A stretch of DNA of 64,000 nucleotides from the NCBI RefSeq assembly GCF_000143415.4, contig NW_003314338.1:124001-188000 (forward strand), read 5' to 3'. How positions within the stretch are numbered: position 1 is the stretch's first letter; every line of letters begins with the position of its first letter. Positions 35,372 through 50,400 of this stretch are shown here, one piece after another. The notes under the pieces were generated by a model. It ran no database searches. It worked only from the letters and a program-made list of their open reading frames with translations, and was not told the DNA's origin. The position numbers and the translations under genes were made by a program. Source of the DNA: Selaginella moellendorffii. Taxonomy: Eukaryota > Plantae > Lycopodiophyta.

Positions 35372-38300
35372 TGTAGCGCACGTGGTTTTGACCCTTTATC
35401 CTATGGTGATTTACCATAGGATAACACCACGAAGCGGAACCTAAACCCTCTTTGTGCCATGTGACAGATGCCACGTGTCACATGCCACGTGTCCATGCCA
35501 CGTGTCTATAGGAACCCGAGGTTCAGGGCCTTGGGCCACTGAACGAAGGAACGGTGCCAAACTCCCAAGCATGACGCCAAGGAGTGATGGAACCGGACCA
35601 CGGAGCAACTCCCGAGCATATAACCCAAGGAGCGAAGGGACAGGAGCCCGAAGCGACTTGGAACAATCCTGGAGCAACCAGCATACCAATGCCAGGACCA
35701 GCACGCAAAATGGAGCCAAACGGAGTCTGGCGCTATTTCGGCATACCGGTGGCCTAACGTGAGGATATGGGTACTCCACCAGCTAGCATGGAATGGAACT
35801 TGGGCTTAGACCCAAGCCGGACGCAGAACAAGGACAGGCACGCAAGCGGGAGCTAGACTATGCCTCAGGTTGGTCGGCCATGCCCGACCTACCCACTATC
35901 CCTACTATACATTTGGAACCCCCCATAGCCCCCACCCCCCCTTGAGGAACACACGCTTTGGGCTTTCACCCCAAGCCTCCCTTAGTATCAGGAGTTAGTC
36001 TCTGGGACAAACTCAAAACTTACTAAATATGGAATGTCCTTAGATTGTGAATTTGGACACGGGACGAACACCATTGTGTTCAGGCCGATCTCTACATTCC
36101 GTAGATATGCCAAATGAGCAAATCTGGACACTTTCCATAAATAGCATTTGGGACCGAAATGAGACTAACACAAAGGGCATGATAGCGAGGGTGTTTGACA
36201 GACACGGTAAGCTATCATCTAGCAAATATTGAGGGACCAATCTCAATATCGCGGGGGTTCCTAACACTAGCAAGTGCAAGCCAACATCATGAGTTTCTCA
36301 TCACCGTGTCAAGTCTGCTTGACTAAATGACAACTTAGGATTTCCTTCCTTAGTGCCCTTCCGGTCTAAGTGCACATGTGATGACCAGTTTCTCAACTAG
36401 CTTAGGTGGAAACTGATAACGGGTCCAGCAATACCGACCTCCTGCCATCATGGCAGTAAGGTAAGAGTGTCCGTAAGGACTAGCCGACAGGTAACTTTCG
36501 ATACCCGAAGTCACATGCGCGACACTCTCCCCCCCTTGGGAAGATCGACGTCCTCGTCGATGCATACTCGAGTCTAGAATACCGCCAAGGAAACAACTCC
36601 ATAAAAAGTTCACGGTACTCACACTATGTGAGAAATGCACCAACTTAAATGAGTTAGGGGGTAACCTCTTTGTCTAACGCGGATGCGCTACCAGCTCAGA
36701 CACCTTCCGGCCGTCGCCGACAAGGAAATGACCAACAGAGTCAGCCACCCCTGCTGCTCTGGGAGTCACCCAGCTTACAAAAGTGTGATATGCCCTGCCC
36801 GCAGGAACATAGAGAGAGAAGCCAGAGGCCCCTACCCTCCTAAGCAAAGAAACCAAACCCGTCAGTAAGGTTTAGATAGACTACTGTAAACAGGCAGTTA
36901 GAGTTGTTTACACGGTCACGCCCTTTCAACGGAATAAGGAACATCGACAAAGAGGCGGGTTATGTGACCAGTCGACAGTAGCTACCCCATGACTAGAGAT
37001 TTCACCATGCACACGAAGTGCCGAAGCCAGTCTACCTATACTGGCCCAAACTCAAAGATCAATATATAGGGACTATATCAAAGTCATAAACAATGATATC
37101 TAAGAAGCGTAATTACTAGTGATTATATCTTAGAGAAGAACACAAAAGTATTCTAAACAAGTTATCATCCGATAAACTAGTAGTATTGTAGATAGGAACC
37201 ACCAAGATCATCATAATTGGTAAACATAGGAATCACCATCCAACAAAATTCAATAGCAAGTAGATCATCAAGGAAACTCAATGATGAAACTTAACTATCG
37301 AAAATGGCAGATAGTATGCTAAACAACTCACAAAACACAACTCAAAGAACACAAAGTATTATTGAGTAACAAGCACAATGCTCGTGAATGTTGCACCCGA
37401 AGGCCATAACATCCGAATCTATGAGAACTAACTCGAGCAATAATCAACAGATCAAAATGAATGTTGCAAAGCAAACAAACACTTGTTCATATCAACTATT
37501 GCACTAGCAAATCTGAATAGATCTCAATCAACAATACCAAGGAACCACAGTTGCTCAAGCAAGTGTTAGCAACATCCTACTGATGTCTCAAACCCAAGAG
37601 ACCAATCCAGAGCAAACCACAAAGAACATGTGGTATTGCAAAAAGCCATAAGCCATCAAAGAGAACAACTAACCATCATGAAAGATCATCAATCATCCCA
37701 TCAATAAAGAGATGCATAATCGTCATTAAAGAAAGAATCCACCATCCGAAACAATGGCAAATCTTTTTAGATCAACGATAATCAAGCAAAACCTTCGACA
37801 AGGATAATCAACTTTCCTAGATGATAGTCAATCATCACCAATGATTGCTAAATGCAAATACTAACTTCAACATCGAAGCTAATGAGCAAAAATGCCTTCC
37901 CCAACAACTTCTAACAAATGGAACAATGAGCACAAAACTCAAGAACCAAAAGCTCGAAGAAGCCTATAGCCAAGTCTTATTTAATAATGATCATGAGTCT
38001 CGTAGAAGCTAACTTCAATGCTAAAGAAGAAATCATGGTGCAACCCACAATGTCTTCTTCAACACATCCATAAGCCAAACTTCATAATGCCAAAGCTAAT
38101 GAAGAGCATTTCTGCATCAATCCAAAAGCTAAGCACAATGGAGCTATGCTCAACAAGTGATCACTAAATGATCTTCCATGAATCCATTTATAGCAAGACG
38201 TAACTCACTTCATAGCAAGCACAAGAAGAATCATCAATGATTGATATATTTCAACTAAAATCCCATAAGGATTCAAAATATTCCAACATCGATCACTAAC

Positions 38301-41300
38301 TCTCTGTGAGACACAAAATCCCTAGGCCCCAAAGTGGAGCCGGAAGGGCGCCACATGGTAGTGGCCGAAGCGAGAGCCAAACGAGCGTAACACGTTTGGA
38401 CCAAAAGCTCCGACTTGAAAAGTCAAGAGCGGGAGTGGAACTCCCAACGAAGTGCTTGAGGAACAAGCACGAAGCGAGCAAAAGGCAAGGCTCCAAAAAG
38501 GGACCCAAAAGGACCAACACATGACACGTGGGAGAGTCCGAGATGGAGTCCGAGGTGGACCCGAGATGGACCCGAGATGGAGTCCGAGATGGAGTCCGAG
38601 ATGGAGTCCGAGGTGGACCCGAGATGGACCCGAGTTGGAGTCCAAAGTGGAGTCCGAGATGGACCCGAGATGGAGTCCGAGATGGAGTCCGAGATGGAGT
38701 CTGAGGTGGACCCGAGATGGACCCGAAATGGAGTCCGAGATGGAGTCCGAGATGGACCCGAGATGGAGTCCGAGATGGAGTCCGAGATGGAGTCCGAGGT
38801 GGACCCGAGATGGACCCGAAATGGAGTCCGAGATGGAGTCCAAGATGGACCCGAGATGGAGTCCGAGATGGAGTCCGAGATGGACCCGAGATGGACCCGA
38901 GATGGAGTCCGAGATGGAGTCCGAGATGGAGTCCGAGATGGAGTCCGAAGTCGAGACCGAGACCGGAACCGAGACCGGGACCGAGACCGAGACCGAGACC
39001 GAGATCGGGACCGAGACCGAGACCGAGGCCGAGGCCAAGACCGAGCCCGAGCCCGAGTCCGAGTCCGAATCCGAGTCCGAGTCCGAGTCCGAGTCCGAGT
39101 CCGAGTCCGAGTCCGGAGCCTGAGAGGGTGAAAGCCCAAAGCGTTCGTCTCCCAGACCCTGGGGGGTTTGGTGAGCTCCAAAAGTATAGTAGGGGGAGGA
39201 CTGCAGTGGAGCCAGTTTGGCCAGGAAAGGCCAGTTTGGCCCAGGAAGGCCAGACCCAGTGTTGGGTGATGAGCTGCCCACTGGGAAGTCCAAGACTAGA
39301 GTGAACACAGACCGACAAGCGGGGTAGCTTGGTGAAGTGTTCAAGAGCCGGCTCTAGTTCCCCCGGGAGATCGACTGGCCGATGCTCCCAGTCCAAGTGT
39401 GGGTGGCACTACCTACTTGGATACCAGGCGTGGCTCAACGGAACCTCGCTCTAAGCCCATGGCTAGAGCACCTAAAGGCGATAGGTGGGGAGAGTACCCA
39501 GGTGGCTCGCGTAAGGCCACGGTGTTCCGAAATGTTGTCCCAAAGGCCCAGACTGTGGAAAGGAAGAGGAGTAGTCCTCTGGGGTAGTGACCAAGGACAC
39601 AGTCATGTGGTGAGGAAGTCCCAGAGGACCGTGGGACTTAAGGGTCGGGCCAGTGGGCCTCGATCCAGTGGCAGTGTTGGCAAACACGGCTAGGGGCAGA
39701 AAGGGACTTGGTAGGAATTGACAAAGGGACTTTGGGGAAGGCAATTCCCCAGGTCTGTGGGCATCCTAAGGATGCTAAGGAGTGGATCTAGGATGACCCC
39801 TCGTGGACACATGGCCCAGTCTTGGAGAGACGAGGTGGTGATGCAAGTGGTGTTGAACCACTAGTGCAGCAAAGGTGAATGGGCATGGCCTTAGCGTAAC
39901 GGGCCGAGATGTCAGTGGTACCTTTGGGTGTCGGTCTCAGGACTGGACACGTGGAGCACTTGGACCAGGTGCAAGTGTGGAGTGGCATGGATGCCATTCT
40001 TGGGGCTAGCAAGTCCCAAGTCCTGAATTGGACTAATGGAGGTTGTGAATGAGACTCCTCCAAATGGTCGGAGGTGTGGTTAAGTGACTAAAGTAGAATG
40101 GAAAATTTAGTCGCTTACACTCTCCCACTTGTAGAGTTAGTATAGTCCATGACTAAATCACTTTTCAAGGAAAAGCTAAAGCTCAACCCTCTACTAAATA
40201 ATCTCGTCTAGAACACAACTAACTCAACTTGCCACTCAGTTCATTTGAACGTCAACACAGTTGCTAACTAGCAAATGCACAAATGCCAACAACACAAAGC
40301 TATAGCCAAATCATCAACACTATATTCATCAAGACTAATGAAACTCAATATCAATCCTTGGAAGGATATCTCATTTCACTCAGATCTCAATATCAACAAT
40401 ATCAATGACAAAGCATCACTTCAATGCCATGAACATCAGGACAAAGCTAGAAGAAAGCAAGAGTGAATCACCACTCGGAGCTTTCCAGCAACCAAGCTAA
40501 CCAAAGTCAAAGATACTATACTTAGTATCCGAGACCAATCCTTCAGCAAAACTTAGTGACAGATAACACATCATCAAGGAGTGAATCACCACATCCAAGA
40601 CTCAATGAAATCCAACACCACGGACTAAACGTAACCAAATGATATCGACAGAGATAGAATCGATATACTAACATAGGAAAGCTATGCAAGTCTAACGACA
40701 CGATCCTCCGCAACACCATCCGGTAAAGCAAGCCCATCACTGCTAAATCATCATCGAGCAAAGCAAGTGTCAATTATCCTTGATGAAGTCTACAAGTAAT
40801 CACTAGTCACAAAGCAACTAACAATCACTCCTCAACTTGCCTTCACAAGACCCAAACACCAACTCTTGTCATCAAGTTATATACTTATCTAGCATAAACA
40901 TAATACCTCAAACATGAGATAAAAGTTCATGGACAAGCACAAACTAAATGACCACTCGAATCCAACTCAACTGTAATAAGCTCACTAAAACATTTAGCCA
41001 CTAGCTCTGAGCATGCCTTGAAGAGGCTAGCTATGCATGATCAACACTCAGTCGAAACTAAAGTGAAGACCATAAGATGGACTCATATCGGTAAACAACC
41101 TCCTCATAGACAAAGCTATAGTACGGGTACCAACATCTCAACCTCGAACAACTAAGTTTGGACATCACCATCCTCAGCCAAGGCGCAGGGCTACCAAGAC
41201 TAAGTCAAGATCAGTGAGAGCTCACTACTCTCATAGAGTCTTAGCAAAATGCAAGGTGCAACCTGCCACCGAGCATAATGCTACAAAAGAAAGGCATAAG

Positions 41301-44300
41301 AGTCACCTTTCTTAGAAAAGTGCAGCGGCCACTTTTCTACACTAACTCCAGACTCTATCCAACTCAATTGCCTTAACCCCAAAAGTTAGCATCCCTTTCG
41401 GGTCGCATCATACAAACTACCTACTAAGATCTAAGCCAACCGAAGTCAACTCCAACCCCTTCACTAGTTTGTACTGGCTTTCGAAAATGGAATGGTTTCC
41501 GGACAAAATGATCAATAGATCAGCCATTGGAAAAGTCTAAGAAAATTTGTGGAAAATTTCCATCCTAGAGAAAGAATGACTCTCAGTCCAGGATTGCAAA
41601 CTTTCAAGACTCAACCAACTTCCTCCTACCAACAACTTCACATAGGCTCACCTCAACATAAATTCTCATGATCGAACAACATGCTTAAGCATCGAACATC
41701 TTTGCCCATATAACCGACATCCAATACTGACATCCGCAAAGTGCAAAATGAACATCCAAGGCTTGATCACGAATACCACATCTTCGGATATCCATATTGC
41801 ACTAACACTCTTCTTCAATCATCTTCAAGATCCAATGTGAAGCCAAAACACTAACAAGAAAAATGACATGGAAAAATCAAGGTCCAAGGAAAATTCCTCA
41901 TCACTTGAAATAACAATGCCACTTCCACTAACACAAGTGCTAGTGACGTCAATGCCCCAACTCCACATCTTTCTCCATCCAACAATCTATTCCAAGTGCT
42001 AACGGATCAACCGACAAGCTATAGCAAATGAATGCTACAACCCTTTTCCAACACCTTAGTGGGCAAACTTAAGGAAACAAGGTACCAACATAAGCTTAGC
42101 ATAATGGACCACCATTGAGAATCCAGTCAAGGCTACTACAATGCTACTTCGTGCAAGTAGACTAGCTTCTCCATCAACCACTTTGGGGTTGATCATCATT
42201 TACCCAAGCAACTTCGTAAACACATTGCTCATTATCACATGGATATGATATAAATCACAATGACTTGACCATCAATTGAGTAACGCAATGAGTAAGGCTT
42301 ATGTCATTACTTCAAACGTTTATGTGAGTATCAAATGCCAACTCAATTCGACAAAATGCAACATAAATGCCACACTCCACCGATAGAGATTTACAACACC
42401 CAACATCACTAACTTTTGTTCACCACACGGACAAGCTCATGCCACTCTCTTTCCGACCAAACTCAACACTAATCCAACACCAAGCTACTCAAGGAGCAAT
42501 AACAAGGTTCCCCGGGAAAGAATTGAGCATTGCAGCCCAAGTCTTCCAATAGCGAGCCTAGACAAAATGGTTTAGTGTTTCACCACTATCCATCCCATAA
42601 CTCACCACTTGTAAGACCACCATCTCCAACATGCATCAAGGTAGGGACTCTTGATTGCATAATGTGAACACGAGCAATGAGTCACACCTCGTTGCAAATC
42701 ATCTCTTCAAGAAGAGAACATGATTTACGTCTTTGATCCTCCGTCCCCGATGCCTCTCTTTTCGGTCTCATCTTTGACCAAACCTCAAGCTTGCTTTCGC
42801 ACTGCCTTCAGTTCAATCCAAGAAAAGTTTATGAGAGAGCACGGCAATGATTACTTGAACCAATAGACTATTCCCTACAGTCTTGATTGATCCACTTATA
42901 ATCATACCTAGGAAGGATCCACTAGTGCCGTGCTAAACAGCTACGGACCAGCCTATTTGCCACTCATAGCAAACCCAGGGAGGTTTGCTTTCACCCATGG
43001 TACATGGAACAACTCATGGAACCAACAATAGGCTAACATTAATCCTGCCAACTCAAAGTGTAACCTCGAGTTGCTAATGTGCCTCACTCACGAGCTCAAG
43101 CTCAAACTCGTGCAAACAGAACATCTCCAAACCATCCTATGAGCCCAAGCGCAAGCTCACATCATAAGGTACAACAAGGTAACCATATCCATACCCAAGG
43201 AACCAATTGCGAAGCCTTTGCACCCAAACGTGTACCCACTCGGATCATCGTTTTCATCTCTGCATATGCAACGAGACTAGTTCCCCAATCTCATTGAATA
43301 GTACTCGCTGAGACTCATCCCCTCTGATACCAAATGTAGCGCACGTGGTTTTGACCCTTTATCCTATGGTGATTTACCATAGGATAACACCACGAAGCGG
43401 AACCTAAACCCTCTTTGTGCCACGTGACAGATGCCACGTGTCACATGCCACGTGTCCATGCCACGTGTCCATGCCACGTGTCCATAGGAACCCGAGGTTC
43501 AGGGCCTTGGGCCACTGAACGAAGGAACGGTACCAAACTCCCAAGCATGACGCCAAGGAGTGATGGAACCGGACCACGGAGCAACTCCCGAGCATATAAC
43601 CCAAGGAGCGAAGGGACAGGAGCCCGAAGCGACTTGGAACAGTCCTGGAGCAACCAGCATACCAATGCCAGGACCAGCACGTAAAATGGAGCCAAACGGA
43701 GTCTGGCGCTATTTCGGCATACCGGTGGCCTAACGTGAGGATATGGGTACTCCACCAGCTAGCATGGAATGGAACTTGGGCTTAGACCCAAGCCGGACGC
43801 AGAACAAGGACAGGCACGCAAGCGGGAGCTAGACTATGCCTCAGGTTGGTCGGCCATGCCCGACCTACCCACTATCCCTACTATACATTTGGAACCCCCC
43901 ATAGCCCCCCCCCCCCTTGAGGAACACACGCTTTGGGCTTTCACCCCAAGCCTCCCTTAGTATCAGGAGTTAGTCTCTGGGACAAACTCAAAACTTACTA
44001 AATATGGAATGTCCTTAGATTGTGAATTTGGACACGGGACGAACACCATTGTGTTCAGGCCGATCTCTACATTCCGTAGATATGCCAAATGAGCAAATCT
44101 GGACACTTTCCATAAATAGCATTTGGGACCGAAATGAGACTAACACAAAGGGCATGATAGCGAGGGTGTTTGACAGACACGGTAAGCTATCATCTAGCAA
44201 ATATTGAGGGACCAATCTCAATATCGCGGGGGTTCCTAACACTAGCAAGTGCAAGCCAACATCATGAGTTTCTCATCACCGTGTCAAGTCTGCTTGACTA

Positions 44301-44499
44301 AATGACAACTTAGGATTTCCTTCCTTAGTGCCCTTCCGGTCTAAGTGCACATGTGATGACCAGTTTCTCAACTAGCTTAGGTGGAAACTGATAACGGGTC
44401 CAGCAATACCGACCTCCTGCCATCGTGGCAGTAAGGTAAGAGTGTCCGTAAGGACTAGCCGACAGGTAACTTTCGATACCCGAAGTCACATGCGCGACA
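35372..44499 (-). mobile_element. Full-length family A element A2 inserted in the array of the B2 3' LTR
   Basis: LTRs at 35372-36524 and 43335-44499. PPT at 36525-36537. PBS at 43322-43332. Perfect TSD ATCTC at 35367-35371 and 44500-44504. Confidence 0.96.
38305..40119 (+). mobile_element. Family B solo LTR inside A2
   Basis: TGTGAGACAC...GTCGCTTACA with perfect TSD CTCTC (38300-38304 and 40120-40124). The flanks rejoin to match A1 at ~8170-8200. Confidence 0.95.
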
Positions 44500-47400
44500 A
44501 TCTCGGACTCCATTTCGGACTCCAACTCGGGTCCATCTCGGACTCCACTTCGGACTCCAACTCAAGTCCATCTCGGACTCCACTTCGGACTCCAACTCGA
44601 GTCCATCTCGGACACTTCCACGTGTCATGTGTTGGTCCTTTTGGGTCCCTTTTTGGAGCCTTGCTTTTTGCTCGCTTCGTGCTCGTTCCTCGAGCACTTC
44701 TTTGGGAGTTCCACTCCCGCTCTTGACTTTTCAAGTCGGAGCTTTTGGTCCAAACGTGTTACGCTCGTTTGGCTCTCACTTCAGCCACTACCACATGGCA
44801 CCCTTCCGGCTCCACTTTGGGGCCTAGGGATTTTGTGTCTCACAACTCCACCACCCATAGAGGAAGTTCGATGTCCTCATCGAACGGTAAACCCTTTCAT
44901 AAAGTAACACCCACACGTGTTACCATTTCCATCCTTGGCACCTAGCCAATCTTTGTCTATGGTTTGACACCAAAGGCTCACCATGCCTTGTCCATCCTTT
45001 AAGGAGCGTAGTCTCTCCAACTTAGAGACTGATTGGACCACATGTAATGGTTCTCTCCTTTTATTGGTTTAGTTCTCGCTAAACCTCTTAGAGACCCTTC
45101 TCTAAGTCAATCCCACTACTCCTTCTCGAGTAGTCTCAATTTCCATCGATATAACCTCTGCACTTTGGAACTTTTGAATTTTGACTCCTTGGAGTCAATT
45201 TCCTAGGTGTCTCCGACACCTTGCCTTGCACCTTTTGTGCAACTCCACTTCCCATCCTAAGAAGTTCTCTACTCGAGGGCACCATCATCCTCTCTTCTAT
45301 TTCGTGCCAAAGTTCCAGTTATCATACTTTGTGCTAGGGCTGTTCATGGCCCTATCATTTGGCTACCTTACCGCTCCCTCCCTTGGAGCTTCCACTTTCA
45401 CCAAATCGGAGCAATTCGGAATCCATCCTTGGAAACACACTTCCTTTCCCGCAATTTGTTAGCGTCCAACACATTAGTGTTCCTCGCCTAACTTTCTCAC
45501 TTGGATTCCTTCCCAGGGATTCCACGGCCCTATCTTGGCCACTCATCTTTTGCTCCTATCCGTTGATTGTTGCATCAAACAACATCGAATCTCTACCTCC
45601 CTCCTTGAGGTATTCTTTTGATTCCATAGCAAAGGCTCTGCTTTGCCAAGACTAGGGTGTTCACCCCTAGTAAGTCTCTTTTAGCATCTTCTGCTGTGGG
45701 CTCTATCCTCGGCCCAACTTTGTGACCCTCTCATGGGTCTCTTTAGAGACTACTTTCCTTGGACACACTATGCCATCGCGATGACATAGCTCATTTCCCT
45801 AAGGTGCTTTTCCCACTTGGTCACCTTGACCAAGCCACACCATCATCAATAGTTCAAATCAACACTTTGAACTAGGAACCTTATTCCTTAACCCAAACAA
45901 GGACCTTGTCCTTATTTAGCCACAAGATCACCTAGTGATCTCACCTCGGCACCTTAACAGGTTTGCTAATAGGTACTAGGTCTTCCAGACCTTTAACTTG
46001 TTAACTACGACCCCGGGGGCATCCCCCACACTCGGCGGTGCGCCCAAGCCAGCCCTTCCGGCCAAGGGTCCATAGCAACTGAGATTAGGTGTCCCCATCT
46101 CACTCACCACGTCCTTGGTGCCACTTGCACCAAAGCGTTCAAGTTAGATATGCCGAGCTTTCACACTAAGCAATCTAACCGTGCATCACGACTCCGAGGC
46201 ATCCCTCGCTTGGCGGTGTGCCCAAACCAGTCTCCCCACTGAGAGTCCATGACCACCGAAATATGAGTGTCCTCATATTCCAAACCATCACCACGCCCTA
46301 GTGATTTGGGACTCGAACCCAAGCACTAGAGGGTCAGGACTCGAACCCAACCTCCGTATATGCATCTACGGATGGCATCACACAAGATGCCTGGCGTGAC
46401 TCCCACGCCGGTGCACCAACTTATTTTTAAAGCGCGCTACAGATCACAACTTAGGAACCTAGTTCCTCCACACTGCCAAGTCCTCTCACTTGACACGTCT
46501 GTGATCATGCATGGACTCCTCCATGCTCGGCCCCATGGCCCACCCTTTTTGAAGTTATCACCTTCAACTAGGGTATTTGTTCCCCCGACGTGCCAATCTC
46601 GCTTGGCAAGTCCTCCGACCACTGTAACATGGTTCCTGCATAAGCGTGAAAGTCCTTGACCATCGACTTTCGTTCAAAGCCCCCTCTTTGAACACTCGGG
46701 AACTACTTCCCTAACCTTGATAGCCTTGCCTCATGGCAAGCTTCAAGACCACGCTTCTGCTGCGCCACTCTGATTTCGCGCGTTCCATGAACCATTTACA
46801 CTTGGCCTTTCTAGGTACTAAGCTACCTAGAATCGTCTTTGGGAACCTTGAAGGAACTCTGTCCCTCAGCTTGCTAAGGCCTCCCTTTTTGCAAGCCTTC
46901 AAAATGCCACATAGTCTATCATGGACAATTCCATATTTTAAACTCTCCATGGCATCACAGTTGCTAGCGGCAACACCCTCAAGCCCCCACTTGATTCTCC
47001 ACTCCCAGCTGGCATAACCAACCTTGGTTATGCCCTTTGATTCCTATAGTTCGGTTCTATCCCCTTACTTCTTGCTTTTTGGCTTCACACCTTTCCTTTG
47101 GTCATTCTCCTCCAGACCAGGAGGATAGCTTTGCACTTTCTATCACGCTTTAGCAAGTATTCTTAGGGATGAACCTACCCAATAGCCTAGGGAGTGGTTC
47201 CTCGATCCGGGTATGCTCACCTTATAATCCCACACACTGGGATTACATTGTTGCTTATGGGCCTTTACATGCCCATCACTAGCCTTGCCAAAATTCCATT
47301 TTTGGCTTTGTCCAACTCAGGTAGACAGTCCTCTCCTGTCTCCGCAACCTTGGACATTTGGATAGCACCTTCTATCCATCATTCGCTAGGGACTTAGTCC

Positions 47401-50400
47401 CTTGGGCTTTATCCATTGCCCTCGCGACATCAAACACCACCTTCTGGTGTTCTAGAGTGTTCGGGTGTCCCAATGATGGCTTTCTTGACAATGAGTATTT
47501 CCTTTTATGACATTGACTTACTATATCGCAACACAAGCAACTTATCCCCCGTAAGGGTATATCCAACTTCCTTATGCTATTAAGACGTCTTGGGTAGCTA
47601 CCTTCTACCCGTTTAACTAGTTATTTTGCACCTCTTGCTTAGTTGCCTCATAGTTGTCAAGTCCTACAACTCATTGCTTGGTGCTTTCACACCTCCATCA
47701 TTATCTGGGTCACCACACCCCAACTGCATCCTCTGCAACTTAGGCTATGCTATTCCCATTTCCATTGGGATTCCTTTGGCAAGGGGTTCTTATGAACCTA
47801 CCAACATAGCCTCAAGGTATCACACCTTGGCACATTTGGTGTCTCCACACCATCGGCTCCACGAGCCTACCTCTATGACATTTCCCCTTCGTGTCTAAGT
47901 CTTTGCCAAGACCAACACCGCTCTTTCTCATGCCAACCATCCATTAGCACTGCACCATAGAGGTCACACACAACTTTATGTCAAAGTTGTTTTCTTCTGG
48001 GAACACCTTTCCCATAACTTTAGCATGGCACATTTTGCCATCGATGAGATACCCTCTGTTCTCATTCTTGGATCCTATGATTCCCCCCCCCCCATCCTTT
48101 GTGGGGTACAACACACCTTAGTCCAAATGCTTCCATCAGTCCTTTTAGGACCATCCCTTGACTCTACTTGAGTCATCCAGCAGTTTTGGACTTGGTTAAT
48201 CCACAGACCCGTAAGGTCCTACTTGTGAGGCACTAGCTCACTGGAATACACTTCTTGCATTCCTGTCCTACTCAAAAGGACTATTTTCACAAGTGTTACT
48301 CCGACACTTGATTTTGTTCTCTGGGGGCAACTTTTGCCCCTTAGGACTACTTGTTCATGTGATGAGAATACCACTCATCTCTAAGTACACCCCCCAACTC
48401 CTTAGGTTGTTCCATCATTTATTAAAGGTAGCCCCGGCTACCATTTCAAGGACTTGAGTCCTCTTCCGTATTTGACCTTCCACGGTCATTACCTTTGGTC
48501 TCACATTCATGAGCACCAACCTCAACTATATGAGGATAATCTTGTGACTCCTTTATTGTTTTGGAGTCTCTATCTTTCCCGTGATCCCAACTTTAGTTGT
48601 TTACCACAACAACCTTGGCCAATTTGCTGAGACAAATGCTCATCCGGATCACATCCTCAACTCAATGAGGAAAACCTTGCACTGTTCCCAAGATCCCAAA
48701 GTCGTTCCATTATTGGCCCTTTTCTATCCACCACCTCGTCTACAAGTTCACACATGAACTGTAATGGAGAGCCATGTCTTCCCGACTTGCTGCTCCTCAA
48801 GGATAGGCCCACTCCTTGGACCTTCCGATGCCAACACTAGTGGTGATATACTTGAGCACCAATAAAAGTCGGACTAAGGAACAGCTCCGATACCAAGTTG
48901 TAAGCGACTAAATTTTCCATTCTACTTTAGTCACTTAACCACACCTCCGACCATTTGGAGGAGTCTCATTCGCAACCTCCATTAGTCCAATTCAGGACTT
49001 GGGACTTGCTAGCCCCAAGAATGGCATCCATGCCACTCAACACTTGCACCTGGTCCAAGTGCTCCACGTGTCCGGTCCGAAGACCGACACCCAAGGTACC
49101 ACTGACATCTCGGCCCGTTACGCTAAGGCCATGCCCATTCACCTTTGCTGCACTAGTGGTTCAATACCACTTGCATCATCATCCCGTCTCTCCAAGACTG
49201 GGCCATCTGTTCACGAGTGGTCATCCTAGATCCACTCCTTAGCATCCTTAGGATGCCCACAGACCTGGGAAATCGCCTTCCCCAAAGTCCCTTTGTCAGT
49301 TCCTACCAAGTCCCTTTCTGCCCCTGGCCGTGTTTACCAACACTGCCACTGAATCGAGGCCCACAAGCCCGACCACTAAGTCCCATGGTCCTTTGGGACT
49401 TCCTCACCACACGACTGTGTCCTTGGTCACTACCCCAGAGGACTGCTCCTCTTCCTTTCCATAGTCTGGGCCTTTGGGACGACATTTCGGAACACCGTGG
49501 CCTTACGCGAGCCACCTGGGTACTCTCCCCACCTATCGCCTTTAGGTGCTCTAGCCATGGGCTTAGAGCGAGGTTCTGTTGAGCCACGCCTGGTATCCAA
49601 GTAGGTAGTGCCACCCACACTTGGACTGGGAGCATCGGCCAATCGATCTCCCGGGGGAACTAGAGCCGGCTCTTGAACACTTCACTAAGCTACCCCTCTT
49701 GTCGGTCCGTATTCACTCTAGTCTTGGACTTCCCAGTGGTCAGTTCATCACCCAACACTGGGTCTGGCCTTCCTGGGCCAAACTGGCCTTTCCTGGCCAA
49801 ACTGGCTCCACTGCAGTCCTCCCCCTACTATACTTTTGGAGCTCACCAAACCCCCCAGGGTCTAAGAGACGAACGCTTTGGGCTTTCACCCTCTCAGACT
49901 CGAACTCGGACTCGGACTCGGACTCGGACTCGGACTCGGGCTCGGGCTCGGTCTCGGCCTCGGCCTCGGTCTCGTTCTCGGTCCCGATCTCGGTCCCGAT
50001 CTCGGTCCCGGTCTCGGTCTCGACTTCGGTCCCGATCTCGGTCCCGGTCTCGGTCTCGACTTCGGACTCCATCTCGGACTCCATCTCGGACTCCATCTCG
50101 GACTCCATCTCGGGTCCATCTCGGACTCCATCTCGGGTCCATCTCGGGTCCATCTCGGACTCCATTTCGGGTCCATCTCGGGTCCACCTCGGACTCCATT
50201 TCGGGTACATCTCGGACTCCATCTCGGGTCCATCTCGGACTCCATCTCGGACTCCATTTCGGGTCCATCTCGGGTCCACCTCGGACTCCATCTCGGACTC
50301 CATTTCGGGTCCATCTCGGGTCCACCTCAGACTCCATCTCGGACTCCATTTCGGGTCCATCTCGGGTCCATCTCGGACTCCATTTCGGACTCCAACTCGG

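Noticed and set aside
34601-35474. Long overlapping ORFs (ESEM, WSPR, LGLH, SR/RD repeats) in B LTRs, also at 19578-20309, 38296-39396 and 49621-50717
   Set aside because: They arise from stop-poor tandem arrays open in many frames on both strands, and frames shift between copies.
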